Origin: Thermoproteus tenax Kra 1
GTDB lineage: Archaea > Thermoproteota > Thermoprotei > Thermoproteales > Thermoproteaceae
DNA: 32,000 bases
Direction of reading: 5' to 3'
NCBI RefSeq assembly: GCF_000253055.1
Contig: NC_016070.1
Location: 1,320,001 to 1,352,000, forward strand
Shown: positions 1-7,497 of the stretch, piece after piece
Position numbering within the stretch: position 1 is the stretch's first letter
How the letters are laid out: every line of letters begins with the position of its first letter
Translations under genes and position numbers: made by a program
The notes under the pieces: model-generated
What the model saw: only the letters and a program-made list of their open reading frames with translations
Database searches by the model: none
Told to the model about the DNA's origin: nothing

Positions 1-691
1 CCTCGAACGGTTTGAAGGGCCCTGTGAAGCCCTCGGCGGCCAACATAGTTGCAAAGACGGCATTCCTCGTGGAATTGGCCGCTGCGGCCCCCTTCCACAT
101 ACTCAGCTCTCCAACGCGCGTCTGCCTCATAGCCGCGTGAGGCACCGCGTAGATGGCTAGCGCGTGTTGAATCTGTGTCTCGTCCAAGCCCATCAGCTTA
201 GAGGACACTAGAACGCTCCCTATACCCAAATAGTTGACGTGGTCCCACCCATGTCTCCTCAAGCTCGCTGCGTCGCACAAAGATACAGCCGCCTCATATC
301 CTACGGCGATAGCAGCTATCACAGACTTCCCGTCGGAGTTCAATGCATCCCCCAGCGAAAGGGCCGCGGCTATCATATCGCTCGGGTGCAGAGGCTCCTT
401 GGACAGGTACGTGTCGTTGAAGTCGTGGTATCTTATCATGACTCCATCTACGAACGCGGCGAGCTCGGGTAGCGCTCTATATCTAGTGCCCAATACCCTA
501 GCTCCGTTGTCCACCTGATACCTTGAGACCGCCCTACGCGCTAACACTACCGGCTCTGAGTTGAATGCCGCAAAGGCCACGGCGAGGGAGTCCAAGAGCC
601 TCCTCTTCACCTCATGGACGACGTCGGCAGATATCTTGTCGAAATCTATCGCAACTGCGTATTGGGCCAACGTCCTCGATATTCTGTCCAT
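1..691 (-). CDS. prpD: MmgE/PrpD family protein (2-methylcitrate dehydratase-like), partial: the 3' end runs off the left edge
   Basis: The minus strand is open from an ATG at 691 (MDRISRTLAQYAVAIDFDKISADVVHEVKRRLLDSLAVAFAA... YHDFNDTYLSKEPLHPSDMIAAALSLG... HGWDHVNYLGIGSVLVSSKLMGLDETQIQHALAI), a MmgE/PrpD-like pattern. It lies immediately downstream of prpB. It is not in the supplied ORF track because it is edge-truncated. Confidence 0.85.
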   Translation of the reverse strand, partial: MDRISRTLAQYAVAIDFDKISADVVHEVKRRLLDSLAVAFAAFNSEPVVLARRAVSRYQVDNGARVLGTRYRALPELAAFVDGVMIRYHDFNDTYLSKEPLHPSDMIAAALSLGDALNSDGKSVIAAIAVGYEAAVSLCDAASLRRHGWDHVNYLGIGSVLVSSKLMGLDETQIQHALAIYAVPHAAMRQTRVGELSMWKGAAAANSTRNAVFATMLAAEGFTGPFKPFE

Positions 692-696
692 GAGGG

Positions 697-1587
697 CTAA
701 CGCGCCCTTATTTTAAATGATACAGCCTTATCGATAATCTCGGAGATTCTGCTGTCGAACTTTTCGTAGTCGTAATATCCTATAAGCTCATAGAGCTCCT
801 TGCGGGTCATCATCTTGCTCAACAGAGGCTCTTGAGTCCCGAGCTCCGATATTGTCCGTAGGGCCTCCCTCATTGCCCCCAGAGCGACCCTCAGAAGGGT
901 GACGGGATATATCACAAACTTGTAGCCGAGCTCCTCCAATCTCTTGGCCGGCATCAACGGTGATTTCCCGAACTCAGTCATATTGGCCAGTAAAGGCGCC
1001 TTTATTCTCCTTGCGAACTCGGCGAACTCAGCCTCGCTCTCCAGAGCCTCGGGAAATATGACGTCGGCGCCAGCCTCGAGATACAGCTGTGCCCTCTCGA
1101 TCGCGTCCTCTAGACCTGTGACTCCGCGGGCATCGGTCCTCGCCACTATGACGAAGTCGGGATTGCGGCGAGCTTCAGCTGCCGCCTTTATCTTCTTGGC
1201 CATCTCGTCGGGCGGCACCACATGCTTCCCCGACAAGTGGCCGCACTTCTTCGGCAAGACTTGATCCTCTATCTGGACGCCGGCGGCGCCAGCTCTCTCG
1301 AACTCCACCACGGCCCTCACGACGTTTAGCGCCTCTCCATAGCCTGTGTCTATATCCACAATGAGCGGTATATCCACAGAGCTCGCAATATATCGCACTA
1401 CCCTCACCATCTCGTCCATAGTTATGAGCCCTAGGTCGGGCAGGCCCAGAGACGCCGTAACCGCGGCGCCTGAGACGTAGGCGGCCTTGAAGCCCATCGA
1501 CTGTACTAAAAGGGCGCTAATTACGTCGTATACACCGGGCACTATCACTATGCCAGGTCTCTTTAGCTCTGCCCTGAGCTCGGCCAC
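697..1587 (-). CDS. prpB: Methylisocitrate lyase / isocitrate lyase-PEP mutase family protein
   Basis: VIVPGVYDVISALLVQSMGFKAAYVSGAAVTASLGLPDLG...DIDTGYGEALNVVRAVVEFERAGAAGVQIEDQVLPKKCGHLSGK is characteristic of this family. The ORF track starts at 1704, but GTG at 1587 follows a purine-rich AGGAGAGGA SD-like sequence and matches where homology seems to begin. Confidence 0.9.
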   Translation of the reverse strand: MAELRAELKRPGIVIVPGVYDVISALLVQSMGFKAAYVSGAAVTASLGLPDLGLITMDEMVRVVRYIASSVDIPLIVDIDTGYGEALNVVRAVVEFERAGAAGVQIEDQVLPKKCGHLSGKHVVPPDEMAKKIKAAAEARRNPDFVIVARTDARGVTGLEDAIERAQLYLEAGADVIFPEALESEAEFAEFARRIKAPLLANMTEFGKSPLMPAKRLEELGYKFVIYPVTLLRVALGAMREALRTISELGTQEPLLSKMMTRKELYELIGYYDYEKFDSRISEIIDKAVSFKIRAR

Positions 1588-1692
1588 GCGTCTTTCCTCT
1601 CCTTTTTTAGGAGCGGAGCTTGCATGAAGTATACTACTCCTATTTAATTGTGAAATCGAGTGACCCATGGACAAGTAGATATTGATCTGCTT

Positions 1693-2621
1693 ATGAAAGT
1701 ACAATACGATTTCCCCCTCGTCGACAGACCATTTGAAGAAATAGGGCAGGAGCTAGGCCTCGACGAGGATCAGGTGATACAGAGGCTGAGCGGCTCGCGA
1801 CGGCAGGCGTTCTCAAGAGGATAGGATCCGTCATGAACTACAGAGCCAAGAGACTTGAGGCGGCTCTGATAGGTCTTGCAGTGCCGGAGGAACTCATAGA
1901 CAGAGTGGCCGGCGAGATAAACAGAGACCCCATGGTCTCCCATAACTTCCAGAGAGACTGGAGGCCCTACAACGTCTGGTATGTGACCAAGGCTTCCTCC
2001 AAGGAGGAGCTCGAGGGAAAGGTAAAGACTCTCGCAGATAAGTGGGGGCTCGAATACGTCATATTGTACTCTCTCAAGACCTATAAGCTTGACGTCAGAT
2101 TTGATCTAAGGAGAGGCATATCGCGATCTAAGCTCAAGAGACTTCCGGAAGATCCGCCGCACGTTGATGCCCTGGGGATCCCAAGAGAGTTCTTCTCCAA
2201 AGTGAAGTCGATACCGCTCGTGCGCGAGCCGTTTAAAGGCGTTGCAGACGTGTTGGGCAAGAGCGTGGGCGAGACCTTAGACTTACTACTACAGTTGATA
2301 AAGTTGGGCGTGCTGAGGGACTTCCACGCAACTCTCGACGGAGAGAGGTTGGGGTTCCGAGAAAACGCCATGGTAGTTCTGAGGAGGCCTGAGTGCGACA
2401 GAGCCGCGGACTTGGATGAGTCGACGCACGTCGTCTTGAGGAACACAGTGCCGGGGAAGTGGGAATACCCGTGTTATTTTATGGTACACGCCGTCGACAG
2501 AAAAGTTATAGCCGAGTCTGTGGCCAGAAGTTTCAGAGAGGGCTACGACATGCTGTTCAGCGTCAGAGATCTACTGGGCGGGAGTGATATGGGCAAAAGA
2601 ATTGAGTCCGTAAGCGACTAG
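1693..2621 (+). pseudogene. Two-domain Lrp/AsnC-like protein of the NirD/NirL - AhbA/AhbB (siroheme decarboxylase) type, apparently frameshifted near 1780-1790
   Basis: ATG 1693 gives MKVQYDFPLVDRPFEEIGQELGLDEDQVIQRL, then the frame is lost. The next frame carries ERLATAGVLKRIGSVMNYRAKRLEAALIG..., continuous with ORF 1833-2621. A second HTH-like unit (IPLVREPFKGVADVLGKSVGETLDLLLQLIKLGVLRDF) supports a two-domain fusion. It could also be a sequencing error. Confidence 0.7.
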
Positions 2622-3073
2622 GAGCCACTCTGAGGCGCCTCGCCTTGATAGCACCAGATCCCTCTCTCCTTCTGGACAAAGCCCTTCCTCCTCAACATAA
2701 CGCTGTTGAGGTTCTTGCCGTAGTACTTCCTCACTTCGGAGAAGGTGAGACATTTATCGGGCCTCTTCAGAGCTTGGTTTATCACTGCGTCCCAACCTCC
2801 CTCATATCCCTCTGCAACAAGCTCTGGTTTCAACTCCTTAACTAACTCGGGCATCTTCTCCGATAGCGTCTCGCTGACGGCCCTCCTCACTACATCGTAG
2901 AATCTCTTGTCGTTTATCAACTCGTTGACGGCCTCCCGCGCCACGTCTATCAATCTAATCTTGCACGGCTGCTCCAACAAAAGTCGTATAGCATCGTCGA
3001 ACGGCGCATCGGGCCTAGGCAAAAGCCTCCTCAGCCTTTCGACGAGGGATTGGTCCCTGATTTCAATATGCAT
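2618..3073 (-). CDS. Hypothetical protein (151 aa)
   Basis: Open ORF with Lys/Glu-rich, soluble-protein-like composition (MHIEIRDQSLVERLRRLLPRPDAPFDDAIRLLLE...). No family recognised. Confidence 0.6.
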   Translation of the reverse strand: MHIEIRDQSLVERLRRLLPRPDAPFDDAIRLLLEQPCKIRLIDVAREAVNELINDKRFYDVVRRAVSETLSEKMPELVKELKPELVAEGYEGGWDAVINQALKRPDKCLTFSEVRKYYGKNLNSVMLRRKGFVQKERGIWCYQGEAPQSGS

Positions 3074-3108
3074 AGAGGCGCGTCCTCAACGAATATATAA
3101 CTTTTATA

Positions 3109-3678
3109 TCACTTAAAGACTTGTAGCTTTAGCCTCTTCGGCAGAACCTCCTTTGGTAGCTCGGCTCCAATCAACTCGATATTAACCGTCTGCTCAAACC
3201 ACGGAGTCGATCTCCCGAAGGCGCGGGGCATATAGTTCCTTATCTGAATCCCCTTGTGGGCCGCCGCATGGACTATTACCACTCTCTCTACGTCTAGTCC
3301 ATTGAACCTTGCGTTGTTCTCCAAATTCTGTAGAACCCTCAGATAGTTGTAGGCGACTTTAACGGGCCATTTGGCCACGGGCCATCCGCCCCAAGGCGTC
3401 GCGTGATGCGCTTGCTTCTTCGTGAATCGCCTAATAGGTATGGGTCTCTTGAGGTTTACTGTGTCTTGTAGCCAGGACTGGGCTTGTTTTATGGTCATAA
3501 ACTTTATGAATCTGCCGACCTCTACCGCCTTTTTCCACGACATTCTGAACTCGTTGCCGTAGGCTCTGGCTATTTGATCCTCGGCGATTCTCACTCCGAA
3601 CCTTCTGAGGACGAGCTCTACCACCTCCTCGTTGCTCATGCTGTACTGTAAGCGCGCCACGAAGCCCCCGCAATCCAT
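3109..3678 (-). CDS. rpl22p: Large ribosomal subunit protein uL22 (L22p)
   Basis: [28 protein letters not shown]...[40 protein letters not shown]...[19 protein letters not shown] matches the archaeal L22 signature. An alternative start exists at 3639. Confidence 0.93.
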   Translation of the reverse strand: MDCGGFVARLQYSMSNEEVVELVLRRFGVRIAEDQIARAYGNEFRMSWKKAVEVGRFIKFMTIKQAQSWLQDTVNLKRPIPIRRFTKKQAHHATPWGGWPVAKWPVKVAYNYLRVLQNLENNARFNGLDVERVVIVHAAAHKGIQIRNYMPRAFGRSTPWFEQTVNIELIGAELPKEVLPKRLKLQVFK

Positions 3679-3707
3679 TATTTATAAGTGTTAGCACGCA
3701 CAAGGCC

Positions 3708-4556
3708 GTGAAGAGCTATTGGGCGCTGATAAGGGGCGAGCACGGCGTTCTCACCGCCGTATCCTCTGTGGCCTCCTATCTGTTAGCGGGCGGCCGCTCA
3801 GCGCTCTATGCAGGTCTGATCGGGGGCAGCGCCTTTTTGGCCGAGGCAGCTCTATTCGCCCACAACGATCTGGCGAACCAGGCCGAGGACAGAGTCAATA
3901 GGCCAAACGCGCCCTTAGTGACAGGCAAGGTGAGCCAACGCGCTGCTAAGGTATTAGTCGTAAGCAGTGCAATGGCCGGACTGGCGATGGCATCGGCGCT
4001 ATCTGCGCCGGCCCTTTTGATATACATCGCTGCCTTGGCCCTAGGATTCTTTTATAATATTAAGGGCAAGAGAGTGCCGTTGTTGGGCAATCTGATAGTC
4101 GCTTTTCTAACCTCAATGGTGTATTTATACGGTATGGAGGCTGCGTATTCGCAAAATATCTATCTTCTCTTATTGTTTATTGCATCATTTTTAGCAAACA
4201 TTGGCCGTGAATTCGTCAAATCAGCGATAGACTATCACGGCGATCGAGCTGTCGGTATAAGGACCGTTGCCGCGATATTGGGACCTGGGAGGGCCGCCTC
4301 CTTGGGCGCCTATTTCACTCTGGCTTCTGCCTCGGTCGGGCTCTACCTATTTTACGTCCTCGTTAGGGCGGAACTATTAGTTCTAGCAGCGGGGGTGGCC
4401 ATCACCACAGTGCTCCTCTTATACTATTCTATTATCTGCCTAAGGGGATCGTGGAGTAAGTACCGGACAGGCACTCTGTTTGCGTTCGGAGTAACCCTTG
4501 TAACATTGTTGCTACAGGGCATCCTCACTGTTATGATCGGAAGCTTTACCCCTTAG
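3708..4556 (+). CDS. UbiA-family prenyltransferase, probable digeranylgeranylglyceryl phosphate synthase
   Basis: FAHNDLANQAEDRVNRPNAPLVTGKVS and REFVKSAIDYHGDRAVGIRTVAAILG are the two Asp-rich UbiA motifs, in a multi-TM protein. GTG start. Confidence 0.87.
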   Translation: MKSYWALIRGEHGVLTAVSSVASYLLAGGRSALYAGLIGGSAFLAEAALFAHNDLANQAEDRVNRPNAPLVTGKVSQRAAKVLVVSSAMAGLAMASALSAPALLIYIAALALGFFYNIKGKRVPLLGNLIVAFLTSMVYLYGMEAAYSQNIYLLLLFIASFLANIGREFVKSAIDYHGDRAVGIRTVAAILGPGRAASLGAYFTLASASVGLYLFYVLVRAELLVLAAGVAITTVLLLYYSIICLRGSWSKYRTGTLFAFGVTLVTLLLQGILTVMIGSFTP

Positions 4557-4583
4557 GTCTGAGATAGGCTCTGCGGGTTTATC

Positions 4584-4639
4584 TTCCACGGCAGGGCGAC
4601 GAAGAGAGAGTCTAATAGCGCGCTCCATACGGCAGATGG
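4584..4639. repeat. Dispersed repeat copy 1 (56 nt)
   Basis: ttccacggcagggcgacgaagagagagtctaatagcgcgctccatacggcagatgg is identical to 7224-7279 except at one base (hand comparison). Confidence 0.95.
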
Positions 4640-4696
4640 CTCTCGATGATGGACATAGGATGGCCACAATTTTATTGTGGCTAACGTTGTCGTGAT

Positions 4697-5392
4697 ATGA
4701 CTATAGCCTTAGTCGACCTCGATGGAACATTGATACCTCTGGAGGCTTGGGATCCCGTCTTCTACGAGCTGTCGTCTATAATTGCGTCTAGGGCCGGCGT
4801 TGAGCCTCAGGATGTGTGGGGGCTTGTTAAGGCATTACATTATCAGCTCATGAGGAGGTTCGACCCTAAGGCGTTCGATTGGCAGTACTTGTTCGAGTCT
4901 GTGGGAAGTAGCCTGGGCATATTCGATATTCCCAACATCGAGGATATTCTTTTGAAATACGTGGACAACTTCCCCGTGAACGAGGGAGCCTTTGAGCTTC
5001 TTAGAGATCTCAGATCTCTGGGACTTTCACCTGTTATAGCCACCAACGGTCTGTATAGATATCAGCATATTGTAGTGGAGAGGTTGGGGTTCTCTAAATA
5101 TGTAGATGGCGTCCGCACGTCTGATGCCTACGGTTGTACGAAGAGCTGTAGTAGATTCTTCGAGGGGGCCTCGCTGGTTATTGGAGATAACCCCATCTTC
5201 GACGTATATTTCCCGAAGAAGTTCGGCGTGGCCACTATATTTATCGGCGAGTGGAACAGAGCTGTGAGAAAATACAGCGAACTACTGGGGATAGATGCGG
5301 GCATCGTTAGGCCCGACTACATCGCTGCAGACCTTATTGAGGCCCGCGCCGTCGTCGCGCGGTTCAAGGCCTGGGAGAGGTCGGCCCCATGA
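4697..5392 (+). CDS. HAD-superfamily hydrolase
   Basis: VDLDGTLIPLE (motif I, DxDGT), ATNGLYRYQ, and SLVIGDNPIFDVYFPKKFGVATIFI (motif IV-like). Confidence 0.88.
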   Translation: MTIALVDLDGTLIPLEAWDPVFYELSSIIASRAGVEPQDVWGLVKALHYQLMRRFDPKAFDWQYLFESVGSSLGIFDIPNIEDILLKYVDNFPVNEGAFELLRDLRSLGLSPVIATNGLYRYQHIVVERLGFSKYVDGVRTSDAYGCTKSCSRFFEGASLVIGDNPIFDVYFPKKFGVATIFIGEWNRAVRKYSELLGIDAGIVRPDYIAADLIEARAVVARFKAWERSAP

Positions 5393-6171
5393 TTCTGTTA
5401 AATTTGACGATCCCACCGCTTCTGATCATATACTTGGGGGCCTCCGTGCTCTCCAATTTGTCGCTCCCTGCTCCCCCTATGTCGCAAGTGGCCGCCTTCT
5501 GGCTGAACGGAACGCCCATACCCTCTTGGGTCGTCGGCAACAGATTGTACGTCCTACAGCTGGGCCAACCGGCCTACGTTGAGTACGTGCCCCAATATTA
5601 CAACTCGACGGGGCTCTACGAGTTAGCTCTCAACGCAACGGCTGGAGCAGTAATAATGGCGCCGCCGGGAATCATAGTCGACGTTGAACCTGAGAACTAT
5701 TCCGTGATCGCTATAAATAGATCCGGCCTTTTTATATACATTAAGGCGCCTCGCGTCAAGCTGAATTTTTCTCTAATAGCGATCGTTACTACTTCGACGA
5801 CCACCAAGGGCTCCGTCGTAGCGCCTCCTCCTACGACCTCCCAACAGAGCGTTACGTCGAGCACCACAAGGGGAGGCAACGCGGCCTCGTTAATACCCTA
5901 TGCGGTCGGCTTAGTCGTTGTGGCGGCCATCTTGTCTCTTCTTCTGCTCAGAAGGCGCAGAGACTGCGTAGGACTGGGAGAAACCGATCTGAAGATTCTG
6001 AGGGCTCTACAGGATGGAGGCGGACGCGTTAAAAGGTCAGAGCTTGGGCAAAGATTGGGGCTTCCTGCATCGACGCTCCACAAACATCTCCACAAGCTCT
6101 CCAGGATGGGCTACGTACGTTTAGTTACAGAGCAAGATGGACAAAGGGTGGAGTTAGTCAAGAAATGTTGA
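5389..6171 (+). CDS. Predicted membrane-anchored winged-helix/HTH regulator: signal/TM segment, extracytoplasmic domain, Ser/Thr-rich linker, TM, cytoplasmic wHTH
   Basis: N-terminal hydrophobic segment; linker TTSTTTKGSVVAPPPTTSQQSVTSSTTRGG; TM YAVGLVVVAAILSLLLLRRRR; C-terminal LKILRALQDGGGRVKRSELGQRLGLPASTLHKHLHKLSRMGYVRLVTEQDGQRVELVK. Confidence 0.82.
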   Translation: MILLNLTIPPLLIIYLGASVLSNLSLPAPPMSQVAAFWLNGTPIPSWVVGNRLYVLQLGQPAYVEYVPQYYNSTGLYELALNATAGAVIMAPPGIIVDVEPENYSVIAINRSGLFIYIKAPRVKLNFSLIAIVTTSTTTKGSVVAPPPTTSQQSVTSSTTRGGNAASLIPYAVGLVVVAAILSLLLLRRRRDCVGLGETDLKILRALQDGGGRVKRSELGQRLGLPASTLHKHLHKLSRMGYVRLVTEQDGQRVELVKKC

Positions 6172-6223
6172 TTCAGACGGCTGAAAAAAGCTCATCCTCG
6201 CAGCTCAGCGGATTCATCACCTG
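6170..6223 (-). ncRNA. Candidate C/D-box sRNA
   Basis: The minus strand reads GTGATGA (C, 6214-6220) - ATCCGCTGAG - CTGC (poor D') - G - AGGATGA (C'-like) - GCTTTTTTCAGCCGT - CTGA (D, 6173-6176). Intergenic position and about 54 nt total length are typical, but D' is degenerate, D'-C' spacing is short and the C'-D guide is long. Confidence 0.35.
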
Positions 6224-6262
6224 TAGAGTGTTCTATTGAAGTTATTTTATCTATAGCTTATA

Positions 6263-6814
6263 TTGCCTAACATCCGCTATAGTCAGGTGACCTTCGCCAA
6301 ACCCTGCCTGATGCTCTTCTCGTGCCCAGGGGACGGGGGAGACACGCTGGTGCTCCACAGAGGCAGAGCGCTCCAGGCCTCCAAGGCGGACCCTCTGGTC
6401 AAGCTGTACGGGGCGTTGGACACGGCGGTCGCCTACGCCCACAAGGCCGCAGGCCTCCTCCCCCGCCCGCAGGCCAGAGTCATGAGGCTCCTCGCCTTCT
6501 CTATGACGGAGCTCGGCTTCTACGTGGCCACGGGCAGAGCGCTCCATCTGGACAACGCCGTGGAGCTCTACAGGAGGGCCCTCAAGCTCGCCTACTCGGC
6601 CAGCGGCGATCCCCCGCGCAGCTGGATAGCTTGCTCCTCGCCCGAGTGCTCGGCCGTGGACGAGGCGAGGGTGTGGGCGAGGTGGGCGGAGAGGAGGGCT
6701 GTGGCGCTCGGGGAGGCCGAGGCGGCGAGGCTTCTGAACCAGCTCTCCAACCTGATGTTCGAGGTCATGGCCACCCTCCCGCACATAGAGTACAGATCGA
6801 GGCCTCTGAGGTGA
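6263..6814 (+). CDS. PduO-type ATP:cob(I)alamin adenosyltransferase-like protein
   Basis: GDGGDTLVLHRGRALQASKADPLVKLYGALDTAVAYAHKAAGLL and EARVWARWAERRAVALGEAEAARLLNQLSNLMFEVM follow the PduO pattern (GDxGxT, KDDPRxxxxGxLDE, RxxxRRAER). It is divergent. Confidence 0.72.
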   Translation: MPNIRYSQVTFAKPCLMLFSCPGDGGDTLVLHRGRALQASKADPLVKLYGALDTAVAYAHKAAGLLPRPQARVMRLLAFSMTELGFYVATGRALHLDNAVELYRRALKLAYSASGDPPRSWIACSSPECSAVDEARVWARWAERRAVALGEAEAARLLNQLSNLMFEVMATLPHIEYRSRPLR

Positions 6815-6927
6815 TCGATTTCGACGTTAAAGCGGTGTGATGCCGGGGTAACCCGCCACTCTCATCCGCCCCACACGGGGGTGTCGGTGTGGCGTCTCTA
6901 TCTACTTGCTTGTTTAAAAGCTTTTGT

Positions 6928-7137
6928 TCAAAACTCCACTATGTTTTTGCCCTTCTCTTTCAATTCGGCGAGTATTGCGTCGGCCTTGCTGATGGGTAGC
7001 CTTATGGTATAGAGATATCCAGAGAGGCGCGCCTTGAGTTTGGCCACGTTCTCCTCTGGAAACCTCTTTACCCTTATCTCCTCCGCCTTTTCGGCATACT
7101 TCCTCCATATTTCTACCAAGAACACCTCCTTAGGCAT
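6928..7137 (-). CDS. rpl38e: Large ribosomal subunit protein eL38 (L38e)
   Basis: 69 aa: MPKEVFLVEIWRKYAEKAEEIRVKRFPEENVAKLKARLSGYLYTIRLPISKADAILAELKEK. The size, the VK/KLK pattern and the RYLYT-like core resemble L38e. Confidence 0.75.
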   Translation of the reverse strand: MPKEVFLVEIWRKYAEKAEEIRVKRFPEENVAKLKARLSGYLYTIRLPISKADAILAELKEKGKNIVEF

Positions 7138-7170
7138 GCCCGAGGATAAGTTAAGACTTTTTATTATTTA

Positions 7171-7314
7171 CGACTGAAGGTCCCGCCATTCAAGTCGGGG
7201 GTGGATTTAAGCTTGCCACATTTTTCCACGGCAGAGCGACGAAGAGAGAGTCTAATAGCGCGCTCCATACGGCAGATGGTCCCCGCCGCGATGCCCGCCC
7301 CAACCGCGGCCTCC
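7171..7314. repeat. Dispersed repeat copy 2; part of a probable non-autonomous IS200/IS605-type element remnant ending at a strong hairpin near 7425
   Basis: Shares 7224-7279 with copy 1 and about 80% hand-aligned identity with 31740-31822 (reverse orientation), plus a GC-rich block 7273-7314 resembling 31661-31704. Confidence 0.8.
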
Positions 7315-7405
7315 CTCGTTAGGGCCGAGTGCCGCCCGGCCCCATGCCCGATAAGCCCGCGCCGGAGGTATCTTGGATGCCGATGAAGGCATGGGCGAGG
7401 AGAAA

Positions 7406-7425
7406 CCCCGCCCTTTAGGGCGGGG
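7406..7425. other. Perfect palindromic hairpin CCCCGCCC-TTTA-GGGCGGGG
   Basis: 8-bp perfect GC stem (9 with the T-A pair), 4-nt loop, in the noncoding segment adjoining repeat copy 2. Resembles archaeal IS200/IS605-type terminal hairpins. Confidence 0.85.
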
Positions 7426-7497
7426 AGGCGGAGCGCGGCCATGTGCATATAGGGCGGCACGCAAAATATTTTTAAATGGCCTATATCGCGTTGGGTC

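Noticed and set aside
234-518. Plus-strand ORFs 234-518 and 239-472
   Set aside because: They overlap the minus-strand MmgE/PrpD coding frame, which has strong family-like sequence; these are shadow ORFs.
6251-6784. Long minus-strand and alternative plus-strand (6322-6840) ORFs over the PduO-like gene
   Set aside because: High-GC third-position shadows (His/Arg/Gly-rich); only frame 6263-6814 shows recognisable motifs.
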